DNA of 64,000 bases from an uncultured delta proteobacterium (GTDB taxonomy: Bacteria > Desulfobacterota > Desulfobacteria > Desulfobacterales > B30-G6): NCBI GenBank assembly GCA_963823335.1, contig CAWGLD010000001.1, positions 576,001 through 640,000 on the forward strand, read 5' to 3'. A program made the position numbers and the translations under genes. Shown here piece by piece: positions 32,618-42,025 of this stretch. The first letter of the stretch is position 1. Every line of letters begins with the position of its first letter. The notes under the pieces were generated by a model. That model ran no database searches. It worked only from the letters and a program-made list of their open reading frames with translations, and was not told the origin of the DNA.

Positions 32618-32845
32618 TTAGTTGTTCTTTGTGGAAAAAAATCCCATTTTCTGAGCGGTGTCTATTACCTGAAGACGTCCTGAGACCTTCAATTTGCGGT
32701 AAATGCTGGTGGCGTGGCTCTTGACCGTTTCGGGAGAAATGGTCAGATCCTCAGCAATCTCCCTGTAAGTAAGTCGTTTGACCAGCCTTTCAAGTATTAC
32801 TAGTTCACGGTTCGTCAATAGGCTGGCGGAAGACAGATTCTGTCT
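32618..32845 (-). pseudogene. C-terminal LuxR-type HTH remnant
   Basis: LTNRE...YREIAEDL.ISPETVKSH...IYRKLKV; no plausible N-terminus. Confidence 0.75.
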
Positions 32846-33091
32846 AAAGCGTGTGATAACCTTGATATCAAAGGCGTGGACCTTTATGGCGGGACAAAGC
32901 ACTCGACCGCTACAGTGTTGGGAGAATTCCTGACATCGGAAGAGGTAAAACGTGGGGAGACGGGATCGGCAACAAACAAAGCGTTTGAGAGATACTTTCA
33001 ACCCCGCCGGACAGAGTCTGTTAAGGTTGTGTCTACAATCAAAGAGTTGCAGAAAAAGCAAGCGGGAAAAGTTGTCAAAATGCGGAAATAA
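32846..33091 (+). pseudogene. C-terminal remnant of a tyrosine recombinase/integrase
   Basis: KACDNLDIKGVDLYGGTKHSTAT...TGSATNKAFERY resembles box II and the catalytic Tyr; lies next to arm-type repeats and an att-like core. Confidence 0.6.
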
Positions 33092-33380
33092 AAAATGTTG
33101 TCAGACTGATTAACATCTGATCAACATCTTTTACACAAACAAAATACATAAATTATTGTTTTTATTATAATATAAATGGTGGAGGTCTCAGAGCCTTACC
33201 CCAATTCGTTCTCCAAACCAAATTACATTCGCAAACCCTTCTTATTCAACATATTACAGCACATCAAAACCCTTCAAGCTGCCGGACGCCGAGAGAAATT
33301 TAATTCTCTACATTTTCCCGAAACAGAGAACGGACGTGGGTTCGATTCCCGCTTGAATACCCGGCGGTGCGTTTTACAAC

Positions 33381-34364
33381 TCATGTCTTAACCGCCATTA
33401 CCGTGCTAATCAGCCATGCGGTATAGCCCACATAAACCAGTAACAAAGCCGCTCCCTCAAGGCGATTGATGCGCCCCTGACGTCCTCTGAATCCATAGCC
33501 AATCAGGAAAAGTGAAATGGTCAACGCTCCCATAACAACCATGTCCCGGGAGAGCGTTTCCGGCTCCACAGCGAAGGGATGAATCGAACCGGCAATACCG
33601 ACAACGGCCAGCGTGTTAAACAGATTTGATCCGAGCACATTTCCAAGAGCGATATCATGCTCACCTTTGCGGGCTGCAATGACCGATGAAGCCAGCTCCG
33701 GCAAGGAGGTCCCCACCGCTATAATCGTCAAACCGATGATCATGTCGCTGACACCGAATATCTGTGCTATCTCCACTGAACCCCAAACGAGAATTCGGGA
33801 ACTGGCAATGAGCAGTAGCAACCCGGCAACAAGCCAGAAAACAGCTCGCTTAATCGGCATCTCTTTTTCAGCGGTTTCAGACTCAACCTCTTTGGCCAGA
33901 GTATCTGTCTTTCGTTTCAGGCCCTGATAGATGGTCCATGCCATCAGGCCCGCAAATACAAGCAGCAAGATAACTGCATCGAGCCGTGACAAATCAAGGT
34001 CTGCGAGAAGGAACACTGTGAGAATGGTGACCAGCGTAAGTATAGGCAGCTCTTTGCGCAATACCATCGAATGAACCATGATCGGGCTGATCAGGGCAGA
34101 CACCCCGAGGATCAGGGCAATGTTGCAGATATTGGAGCCATACGCATTACCAAGGGCAATTCCCGCATTCCCATCGATCGAGGCCAATGCGGAAACAACC
34201 ATCTCCGGAGCAGATGTTCCAAAGCCAACGATCACCATACCAATCAACAGCGGCGGCATGCCGAAGTGGCGGGCTGTGGATGCCGAACCTTCAACGAAGC
34301 GGTCCGCACTCCAAACGAGCAGTACAAGACCGGCAATCAAAGCCAAAACAGCTAATCCCATCAT
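33381..34364 (-). CDS. Calcium/sodium antiporter (YrbG family)
   Basis: GTSAPE/GSN and GTSLPE/GSN alpha repeats. Confidence 0.94.
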   Translation of the reverse strand: MMGLAVLALIAGLVLLVWSADRFVEGSASTARHFGMPPLLIGMVIVGFGTSAPEMVVSALASIDGNAGIALGNAYGSNICNIALILGVSALISPIMVHSMVLRKELPILTLVTILTVFLLADLDLSRLDAVILLLVFAGLMAWTIYQGLKRKTDTLAKEVESETAEKEMPIKRAVFWLVAGLLLLIASSRILVWGSVEIAQIFGVSDMIIGLTIIAVGTSLPELASSVIAARKGEHDIALGNVLGSNLFNTLAVVGIAGSIHPFAVEPETLSRDMVVMGALTISLFLIGYGFRGRQGRINRLEGAALLLVYVGYTAWLISTVMAVKT

Positions 34365-34386
34365 CCAAATCCCTTATACATAGAAG

Positions 34387-34951
34387 TTAATCCTCATTGT
34401 TTTTATCATTCTTGTGCTCTATCTGTTTGAGCAATAGATCGAAGTCGCTTTCAAAGAGCCGATCCTGAACAATGCGGTACTTCTCAAATTCGGTTTCAGC
34501 ATGGGCCTTTGTCAGCTCAGCGGTTACCTTTCCAGCGTCTTGCAGAATCTCTCTATCCCAGAGTTTCAGGAACCCGCCCAAGCGCTCTTCCCAGTTAGCC
34601 ATGGTCATAGGGATTTTGCGCATGGCCTGCATTTCTGCCATGTCCAGATAGGCCTACACGACTCGCTGCATCTGTCCAAGTTCAAATTCCGAGAGGTAAT
34701 TTTTGGCGATGGATACATCGTATTTATGGATTTTTCCTTTTGGAGCTCCTTCCCAGCTGGTCAGCCCCATGTTTTCTTTTTGGTGGTCTGCACGATCTAC
34801 AATAACCTCAGCCGCTGTATTGCCATGAATGGCATAATGCATCTTGTTTTGGACAGCGGCGAAGAATCGCTTGGTAGCTGTAGCAGACGGATCATAGTCC
34901 AGTGCAGTTGCGTAAATATCGGTGATCTTCTGATAAAACTTGCGCTCGGAT
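34387..34951 (-). pseudogene. RhuM-family protein, C-terminal half with a premature TAG (34654-34656)
   Basis: SERKFYQKITDIYA, VQNKMHYA..G.TAAE, AKNYL and DRLFESDFD motifs. Confidence 0.8.
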
Positions 34952-35160
34952 ATCTGAACATACTTGAAAGTGTTTAGATCAAATGGAACCCTGTCACCTG
35001 AATCCTGAGGTTCAAACAGATAGATAAGCCGGTTTTGCTCATGATGCTTGAGGGCGTAGCCTGCTTCCACATACACATTGGGACGCTGCCCGGTCAGGTC
35101 GCAGATGATGATTTCGGAACCGGCAATGGCTTCATACATTTTCTGATGGATCGGGAATCC
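34952..35160 (-). pseudogene. Fragment of a nucleoside 2-deoxyribosyltransferase-like domain
   Basis: IICDLTGQRPNVYVEAGYA...PFDL; fused in frame to the RhuM remnant. Confidence 0.7.
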
Positions 35161-35281
35161 TAAGCCTTTGATCCATGATACATATTTTACACAAGTAAGA
35201 AGAAGATGTATAGAGGACGACCATATAAGAAGTTTTAATGACTTTTTACAGGCTTTTTAATTTATGAAAAAAGGGATTTAA

Positions 35282-35683
35282 ATGTCAATCGAGAAAAAAC
35301 AATTTGACAATGAAAATGAACTGCATGGATGGGTAGAAAAAAATATAGAATTATTCTTTGGCGAAGTACTTTACGTGCCTGGGAATTTTTTCATTTCAAC
35401 AAAACGCAATAAAGGTGGAAAACCCGACGGCTTCATTTTAGATGTAAAAAATAATAGTTGGACAATTATTGAGTCTGAGCTCTTAAAACATGGTGTTTGG
35501 GAACATATACCCTATGAAATTTTAATAGAATATTTGCAACAAACCTTCACATCAAAAAATCCAGATGGCACAATTCGCCATTACCATCTTTATATAAAAA
35601 ATGAACCCGGGCATATGCTATGGATTAATCAAGACTCAATAACATGGGATGTAGAAGAACATTTTTTTGTTAATGAGTCCTAA
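35282..35683 (+). CDS. AT-rich hypothetical protein, possible PD-(D/E)xK-like nuclease remnant
   Basis: E.ELH...KPDGFIL...IIESEL; short, may be internally deleted. Confidence 0.5.
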   Translation: MSIEKKQFDNENELHGWVEKNIELFFGEVLYVPGNFFISTKRNKGGKPDGFILDVKNNSWTIIESELLKHGVWEHIPYEILIEYLQQTFTSKNPDGTIRHYHLYIKNEPGHMLWINQDSITWDVEEHFFVNES

Positions 35684-35777
35684 TGTTTAATAGAATTAAT
35701 TATAGGTAGTGGGATACCAGTGGGATACCAGAAAAGGATGCTAAAATTAATTAACACCTTGATAATATTGACAATAA

Positions 35778-35803
35778 ATGGTAGAGGCGGCGGGAGTCGA
35801 ACC
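35778..35803 (-). repeat. Displaced copy of the tmRNA 3' end (att site)
   Basis: ATGGTAGAGGCGGCGGGAGTCGAACC versus ATGGTGGAGGCGGCGGGAGTCGAACC at 37537-37562; 25 of 26 identical. Confidence 0.9.
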
Positions 35804-35960
35804 TACGTTAGTCCTTACAGCCAGAAGGGTTTGCAGCGGTTTACCGAATGTTTACTGAATACCCCCAAGTGAACCGATTTTGTCGCACGCCCAACCGAAC
35901 TCTATACAAAAATCCGTACCCTCTCTTCCAAAATGAAGGGGACAGGTACTGATTGTCCTG

Positions 35961-37127
35961 TCAGTCGGGCAACTCGGTCCCTTGATTCATGATTTCCAGA
36001 TATCCTGTGTAACTGAAAATCCGATTGCGTTTGCGGGAGGTCAGTTCACGGACAATCCCCAACCGTTGCAGATGTTCCAGGGATTTGTTGACCGTGGCCG
36101 GCGTGATACCTGTTTTTTCCACTAGCCACTTGGAAGCCGTGATTGGACGACCCATCAGAGTTTGATGCACCCGCAGGGATGACGCTGCCGCACGGCCAAG
36201 TCCACTGATTCTGTCTCGGTCTTCATTGGCAAGATTTACGAGCTGCCTGGCGGTGTCCACCGCCTGGGTAGCAATGACGATGACCGCTTCGGCGAAGAAA
36301 TCGAGCCAGGCTTCCCAGTTTCCGTTTAAACGAATTTCATTGAGCAGCTCGTAGTAATATTGCCGGTGTGTTTTGAAATATAGGCTCAGATAAAGCATCG
36401 GCTCCCGAAGCATTTTTTGTTCGCACAATAGCAGTGTGATTAACAGGCGCCCTAAACGACCGTTGCCATCTAAAAACGGATGGATTGTTTCAAACTGCAC
36501 ATGGGCCAATGCGGCCTTGAGCAAGGCAGGCGTGGGTTCCGGCTGGTCATGCAGAAACAACTCCAATTTACCCAAACAATCCAACACTTGCTCAGCTGGC
36601 GGCGGAACAAAGGATGCATTACCGGGTCGGGTGCCGCCGATCCAATTCTGGGTTCTGCGAAATTGACCAGGTGTCTGGTTGGAACCCCGCCCTTTGGAAA
36701 GCAACACAGCATGCATTTCTTTGATCAGACGGAGGGACAAGGGATATCCTTCGGCAAGTCGCTTTAGTCCGAAATCCAGGGCAGCCACATAATTGCTGAC
36801 CTCACGTACATCGTTCAGCGGCACACCGGGCTCCATATCCAGTTCAAAAAGCAAGAGATCGGAAAGCGTCGACTGCGTTCCCTCGATCATGGAGGAAAGA
36901 ACGGCCTCTTTACGAACATACATGTAAAGAAATAGGGAAATGTCTGGTAAAAAGGTCGAGATGCTATCCAGCCTACCGAGCGCAAGTAGAGCATGGTCGA
37001 ACTTGCTACGCAACTCCGGCGTCCACTCGATGGAAGGATTCGGCGGCAGCGGGGCAGGGATAAAGGCCCGGGCCTTCTCTCCCACTGTTGAAATCGTAAC
37101 GTATTGTCCCTGGAGCTTTCGTTTCAT
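35961..37127 (-). CDS. Fic family protein with C-terminal HTH
   Basis: HPFLDGNGRLGR catalytic motif; SSMIEG inhibitory motif N-terminal to it; start at MKRKLQG. Confidence 0.95.
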   Translation of the reverse strand: MKRKLQGQYVTISTVGEKARAFIPAPLPPNPSIEWTPELRSKFDHALLALGRLDSISTFLPDISLFLYMYVRKEAVLSSMIEGTQSTLSDLLLFELDMEPGVPLNDVREVSNYVAALDFGLKRLAEGYPLSLRLIKEMHAVLLSKGRGSNQTPGQFRRTQNWIGGTRPGNASFVPPPAEQVLDCLGKLELFLHDQPEPTPALLKAALAHVQFETIHPFLDGNGRLGRLLITLLLCEQKMLREPMLYLSLYFKTHRQYYYELLNEIRLNGNWEAWLDFFAEAVIVIATQAVDTARQLVNLANEDRDRISGLGRAAASSLRVHQTLMGRPITASKWLVEKTGITPATVNKSLEHLQRLGIVRELTSRKRNRIFSYTGYLEIMNQGTELPD

Positions 37128-37440
37128 TGATTGAAACTGTCCTAAAAGAATACTTTTTGTTATTTTAACATAATGCCGTAAAATAAAATAACAAAAAACG
37201 GGGCAGGAGTCAAGCGAGTTGACTAAAATAGCGATCTCGATTATTTTAGCTTGGACGGCCTTTCTAAAATAAGGTGCATGAAAACAAGGTAGGTCACTCA
37301 CACGACTTAATCCAGCAGCCTCTGCAAATCCCATTCGGATGTCATCCATAGGAAGAATGCTATGGAACCAGTGGGTCTAAACCATAATTTGATGGGCTTA
37401 GGAATTGAATGAAAGCATTCGATAATCCATTTCTTAAAAT

Positions 37441-37478
37441 AAAAACCCAAATTGATATAGTCGTCAATTTGGGTTTTT
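37441..37478. terminator. Bidirectional-type intrinsic terminator downstream of tmRNA
   Basis: AAAAACCCAAATTGA-N8-TCAATTTGGGTTTTT. Confidence 0.75.
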
Positions 37479-37537
37479 ATGAATACGTTACCGAACGAAT
37501 ATATAATTTATAACTAACTGTAATTATAGTATATTTA

Positions 37538-37890
37538 TGGTGGAGGCGGCGGGAGTCGAACCCGCGTCCGAAAATAATCCACTGTGACATCTACATGCTT
37601 GTCTCGATGTTTGGTGTTCGCCGTTTCAAGTCTCCATCGAGCAGGATGCTTAAAAGACTATCCTGTTAGAATTTCGCCAGTCTGGTAACAGGATTAACAG
37701 TCCGGCTATCCCGCAAGTCGACGCCCTGTCCGGATTAGCAGGATTGGTCCGGCAGAACGCTAGCCTTAAGCGGCTAGAGCGTAGTTATAATCGTCTGCGA
37801 TTACATTAAGTTCCGTCTTTTTTACGAGCTGACAGAATGCTCGGCATGCAACCAGAGTTTCTTTATCCCCGTCGAAGCCGTTTCGCCCCC
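37538..37890 (-). ncRNA. ssrA: tmRNA, tag peptide (A)ADDYNYALAA
   Basis: 5' GGGGGCG pairs with 3' CGCCUCC-ACCA with a G3-U pair; T-arm GCGGGTTCGACTCCCGC; tag ORF at 37798-37766; 353 nt. Confidence 0.97.
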
Positions 37891-38379
37891 AATATTCTCA
37901 AAGATCCAAATTCGAAGATTTCATGAAACTTGGTGAGTCATACTTTAATTAACAAAATAAATCAATTTCTTGTCATATGAAATACTAATCTATTTTATCA
38001 CCAAGTTTCACCCTTCGGGCGTCCCCGATCAACGCTGCCGCTGTGTTATTCAGCCTTCGCAGTAGCAAACTACGGCTTCAGGCTGAAATGCCTTGCGTCA
38101 GAGTCGATCAGGTTTGTGAAATTTCCGAATCCAATCGCTTAACGCGATTAAATTATATGCGGCTTACGCCGCTTTTAATACCCACATGTATAATTATAAT
38201 TTAATCAGGATGGAGATGATTGTCAAACAACAATAAATTCGTTATACGAATTTATCATACGCGGCGTTGCCGCTATATTTCCATTTCCAGACATTTTTGG
38301 TTTCAGTTCGAGGAGATAGTAAGCTCTGGCAAACAACACGCCTCTCCCTTGAACCCTGGAATCCTGGAACCCTCGAATC

Positions 38380-38991
38380 CTATTTTTTATTACCAATTAA
38401 CAGACCGGTCAAGTAAGTCCCACCGATGGCCAGGCATTCCATATCGATGTGCTTTTCGGCAGATTGCCGGAAAAGAATTGATGTTTGGGCCGGGAACATG
38501 TCATCCCGGTCGTTGAAACGAAAAAAAACCGGTACGCGGGGCAGCATCTGAAACATATAGGCCACATCGAAAGCAGGTGCTTCCATGGCACGGCCCCCCA
38601 TTTCCCGGCAGGCGGATTTCAGCCGATCGATGTGCCCGGCAAAGGTGGTTTCGATGATCTTATTGGTGTTGCTTGTGAAATAGCCGGTCAAGGGCCCGGC
38701 ATCCTTGAACTCGCGATAGGTCACCCACTCGCCGGGTTCAGGCTCCATTTCCGGGCACTGCAGGACATAGCAGCACAACAGCACACTCAAGGCAAAGGTG
38801 GCCTTTTGACCGGCGGCATTCAGAACCCCATCCTTTGATACCTGGTGTGGCTCGCCATAAAAGGAAATCACAAGCCTATCATCCTGTATGGCCCCGCCCA
38901 GAATGTCAGCTCTTGATAAAAGATCGATACCGGCGATCCGTTCCAGGTATTTATGGTAGGTTACTTCAAATACTTCTGCTTTTTTCATCAT
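38380..38991 (-). CDS. DUF3786 family protein
   Basis: WVTYREFK.A, LPRVP...D.DD.FPA...ILF and DMECLA motifs. Confidence 0.85.
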   Translation of the reverse strand: MMKKAEVFEVTYHKYLERIAGIDLLSRADILGGAIQDDRLVISFYGEPHQVSKDGVLNAAGQKATFALSVLLCCYVLQCPEMEPEPGEWVTYREFKDAGPLTGYFTSNTNKIIETTFAGHIDRLKSACREMGGRAMEAPAFDVAYMFQMLPRVPVFFRFNDRDDMFPAQTSILFRQSAEKHIDMECLAIGGTYLTGLLIGNKK

Positions 38992-38998
38992 GTCCCTT

Positions 38999-39646
38999 CT
39001 ATTGAACGATGACAATTCCCGCCAGGGTCCCCTTGGGTATGGTCTGTGGTTTGGCACCGCTGCCGATGGGATAAATGTCCCAGCCGGCTCTGGCCGTCAT
39101 TTGATAGACATCGATTCCCACCGCCTCCATGGATGGCCGGGCAACCAGAGAGAAGCGGCACTTCTTGCCTTCCATGGCCTGACAGGTGTCCATCTGCCCG
39201 CAAAAGGTATGACGGCAGGAACCTGCTGCAAATCCAAATGCATGGTAATGACCATCATAAAAGGCCTGGGATTCGATTTCACTGACCATCTTATAGACTT
39301 TCTGATAGGCATCCACCCGTTCCTTGATGGTCTTCCTGTCCCGAACGATCACTTCCGAAGGCACATCCATAATGAAAAACACGGCCCATTCAAAGCCCTT
39401 CAGGATATCGCGCAGTTCCTCCGGGGCCAGGGTATTGGGGGGACAATGCGCCCCGGCACCGTATCCGAAACAGCGTGGGACCTGGCACTTGAGGGTAATC
39501 CGCCGATCCACGGGGATATCTCCGGCTGAAACGATCGTGGCCTGGGTTGCCCCAAGGGTCAGAACATTTTCACAATATTTGTGGAGGTTTTCCTTGAGAT
39601 CACCTGCATTTCTATCCATGGTGATTTTATCGATCTGTTTTTCCAA
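38999..39646 (-). CDS. DUF2284 family Cys-rich metal-binding protein
   Basis: KC..P.C..YG...HCPP, AGSC...FC and ARPSMEAVGIDV motifs; TTG start after GAGGAG. Confidence 0.85.
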   Translation of the reverse strand: MEKQIDKITMDRNAGDLKENLHKYCENVLTLGATQATIVSAGDIPVDRRITLKCQVPRCFGYGAGAHCPPNTLAPEELRDILKGFEWAVFFIMDVPSEVIVRDRKTIKERVDAYQKVYKMVSEIESQAFYDGHYHAFGFAAGSCRHTFCGQMDTCQAMEGKKCRFSLVARPSMEAVGIDVYQMTARAGWDIYPIGSGAKPQTIPKGTLAGIVIVQ

Positions 39647-39682
39647 AACACTTCTCCTCTGGTTCTGAAGCACATCCTTTCT

Positions 39683-39825
39683 AAAAGGCTTCTCAAAAAG
39701 AGGATTTTGGGTCAAGGTCAAGGCGGGCGATCACTTCAACCCGCAGGAATACTTTTGTATTTTGAGGAGTTGGAGCGTGAGCCCAACACAGAGATTGATC
39801 CAAAAGGCCTTTTTGAGAGGCTTTT
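39683..39825. repeat. About 143-bp MITE-like palindromic element, copy 1
   Basis: Ends AAAAGGCTTCTCAAAAAG / CTTTTTGAGAGGCTTTT; homologous to 55638-55780 in the opposite orientation. Confidence 0.8.
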
Positions 39826-40355
39826 TAACAGGCAATATCCATCTTGAACGTCTTCATTAAAATACTCGCACTCACCATGTTGGCGGCGTGCGACATGGCA
39901 TCCAGGATGTCACCATCCTGCCAGCCAATGCTGCGCAGGCCATCGACATCCTCCTGGGTAACGGTATTCGGGCCTTTTATGGCCTTCATCACGAAGACCA
40001 CCATGGCCCGGTCTTTGTCATCCAGGGGCACGTTTGCCGGATCCTGGGCTGTTTTTTGGATGTCCTCCTCGGACATGCCCTGCATCTTCAGAAAATTTTT
40101 GTTGAAGTTGATACAAAAAGCATAATCGTATTCCTCGGCCACCAGGTAGCGGATGGTAGACAGCACCCCAAACCCGAGATTCGGGTGCCGGGTAAAATAC
40201 TGAATCGACTGCCACATGGTCTTCATCATCCAGGGGCTGGCACTTGCCAGTTCCATGGGGGAAGGAATCATGCCGATATTTTTTTGCAAGGCATCATAGA
40301 TTTCCTTGACATCACCTTGCGCTTTTTCCGGATTAATGGTCTTGATCAGGGTCAT
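39825..40355 (-). CDS. AhpD/carboxymuconolactone decarboxylase-like protein
   Basis: I.PEKAQG.VKEIY, single Cys in YAFC and PNTVTQEDVD.LR..GW.D.DI.D motifs. Confidence 0.75.
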   Translation of the reverse strand: MTLIKTINPEKAQGDVKEIYDALQKNIGMIPSPMELASASPWMMKTMWQSIQYFTRHPNLGFGVLSTIRYLVAEEYDYAFCINFNKNFLKMQGMSEEDIQKTAQDPANVPLDDKDRAMVVFVMKAIKGPNTVTQEDVDGLRSIGWQDGDILDAMSHAANMVSASILMKTFKMDIAC

Positions 40356-40373
40356 GGTTACCTCCTTTTGGGT

Positions 40374-40542
40374 CGAGACCTTTGAAAAGCACCCCCTTTT
40401 GCTCGATTCCTGTATCAGGTGAAAATTTCATTCCTCAAAATACCCTATGTATTCACCCCAAAGGCATTTCCTTCGGGCGCCTGCGGTTGAAATTTTCACC
40501 TTCTTTGGACTCAAACAAAATTGACTGTTTTTGAAGAACCTC
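40374..40542. repeat. Divergent relative of the MITE-like element
   Basis: Shares the TCCTCAAAATAC..GTATTC..CTGCGG core; internal AGGTGAAAATTTCA/TGAAATTTTCACCT stem. Confidence 0.6.
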
Positions 40543-40741
40543 CCAGCAAGCTACGGAGAATGCTCCCGCTGTTTCGGTTCAAAGGCCTCGGGACTGTTGT
40601 TTTGTGATAAGCACTACGTTGTAAGCTTTAAGTCGCTTATCGCTAAAGGCTTAGAGCTTACAATCATCCATATCACAATCAGGTCAACTTTGCGAACATT
40701 CACTCTTGAGATTTTAGACAAGCAGGTTTATAATTATCACT

Positions 40742-40993
40742 ATGGCTGACAAACGAAAAATTGAAAGAACCATCTGCAACAGGCAGGTCTCGTTTTCCGT
40801 CGATGGTGAAGATTATGAGGGTACCATCGAAAACATCAGCAACGAAGGCACGCTTATCCTGGCAGACACCCCGGTGCAGCTTCAAGAGGACAAGGAAATA
40901 TCCATTACCATTACGAGCGCCGATCAAGGGGATATGAAAAAAGCCAGAGTCATCTGGGCGGATGATGGGGCTTTCGGGGCTGAATTCTTATAA
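40742..40993 (+). CDS. PilZ domain protein
   Basis: RKIER and NISNEG motifs; ARVIW....FGAEF. Confidence 0.85.
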   Translation: MADKRKIERTICNRQVSFSVDGEDYEGTIENISNEGTLILADTPVQLQEDKEISITITSADQGDMKKARVIWADDGAFGAEFL

Positions 40994-41009
40994 CAATCGT
41001 AAAATGCTT

Positions 41010-41636
41010 CTATAAGAGAAACAGCTTCTCCAGCTCTGCCGGTGTATGCACCATGTGGTCCGGTGTGCCTTCGGCGAGTTTTTCCACGCCATGCCAGCCC
41101 CACGTCACGGCAACCGTGACGGCACCCGCTTGCCTTCCCTCGATCATGTCGCCCTTGGTATCCCCCACATAAAAGGCTGGCAGGTCCGGATAGCGCTCCA
41201 TGGTTTTCTGGATTTTTTTCATCTTGCTCCTTTCCTTGTCCGCACCAACGATATCATCAAAACAGGCAATGTTTTCCTTTTCTAAAAATTGCCATACGAG
41301 TTGGGAATCATTGGAAGTGATTACCGTAAGGACATTGCGACTCGATATGATTTTCAACGATTCGTGTATTCCATGGAAAGGCTTTACCTTAGCGAGATAC
41401 TTCCGCACTTTGCGGTTATGGGCATCACCAAGAATTTCATCGATTTTGTGGGCCGAAAGACCCAGTTGGACCAGCGTTTCGAAGAAATTGCCATCAAACA
41501 GGCTGACGACCTGCTCATGTGTCTTTATGCCCGTATATCCGCAAGCACGGGATGCCTCCAGAAATGTGGTTGCAAATATATCCAGGGAATCAACGATCAC
41601 CCCGTCATAGTCGAACATGATCAAATTCTTTTTGAT
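41010..41636 (-). CDS. HAD family hydrolase (phosphoglycolate phosphatase-like)
   Basis: FDYDGVIVDS, ITSN and YVGDT.GD motifs; the RBS points to an ATC at 41636. Confidence 0.9.
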   Translation of the reverse strand: MKKNLIMFDYDGVIVDSLDIFATTFLEASRACGYTGIKTHEQVVSLFDGNFFETLVQLGLSAHKIDEILGDAHNRKVRKYLAKVKPFHGIHESLKIISSRNVLTVITSNDSQLVWQFLEKENIACFDDIVGADKERSKMKKIQKTMERYPDLPAFYVGDTKGDMIEGRQAGAVTVAVTWGWHGVEKLAEGTPDHMVHTPAELEKLFLL

Positions 41637-42025
41637 AGTGCTTCTCCTTATTGAAGAACCTCGCAGCGTGTTTAGCACTGTCGCACGGTGCGGAATTCAT
41701 TTGCTGTTGCGGTTCAATTAAAATCCGACCAGTGATTAGCAGACTATTCAGCAGAGTTCAAGATCGGGTCGGATTTTTCTTGCCAAACCGGAAATCGTGC
41801 TATATGTTACGCGCCAACATGCTTTATCTATATATAAAGCAAGGAAATAAGAATCTCGCCTAGAGCGTGGTTACCTAGTTCACCTTTCCTTTGTTAGTGT
41901 ATGATGGTCAGTTGACCCCTGTATTCATGACATAAAACTTAATCCGCCGGCATGCTGTATGCCCTCGGCTATTGGAACGTTAAAAAGGCCGGTTATTATA
42001 ACCGGACGAAAAAAAAAGAAGTGCT

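Larger units (their letters stand above)
35778..37562. mobile_element. Small integrase-less island at the tmRNA 3' end carrying a Fic gene
   Basis: Bounded by the 26-bp direct repeat; TTACCGAA-type repeats inside both ends. Confidence 0.75.

Noticed and set aside
33290-33370. tRNA gene
   Set aside because: Only a T-arm-like piece; no acceptor stem, D-arm or anticodon arm.
34654-34656. In-frame TAG in RhuM as pyrrolysine or read-through
   Set aside because: The gene is already 5'-truncated in a decaying island and no pyl genes are visible; a nonsense mutation is simpler.
37320-37400. c-di-GMP-I riboswitch-like words (GCAAA..., GGTCTAA) upstream of fic
   Set aside because: No GNRA-capped P2 stem or GCAAAGC junction; resemblance too weak.
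39647-39721. N-terminal extension of DUF2284 in the ORF track
   Set aside because: It starts inside the MITE-like element; the RBS supports TTG at 39646.
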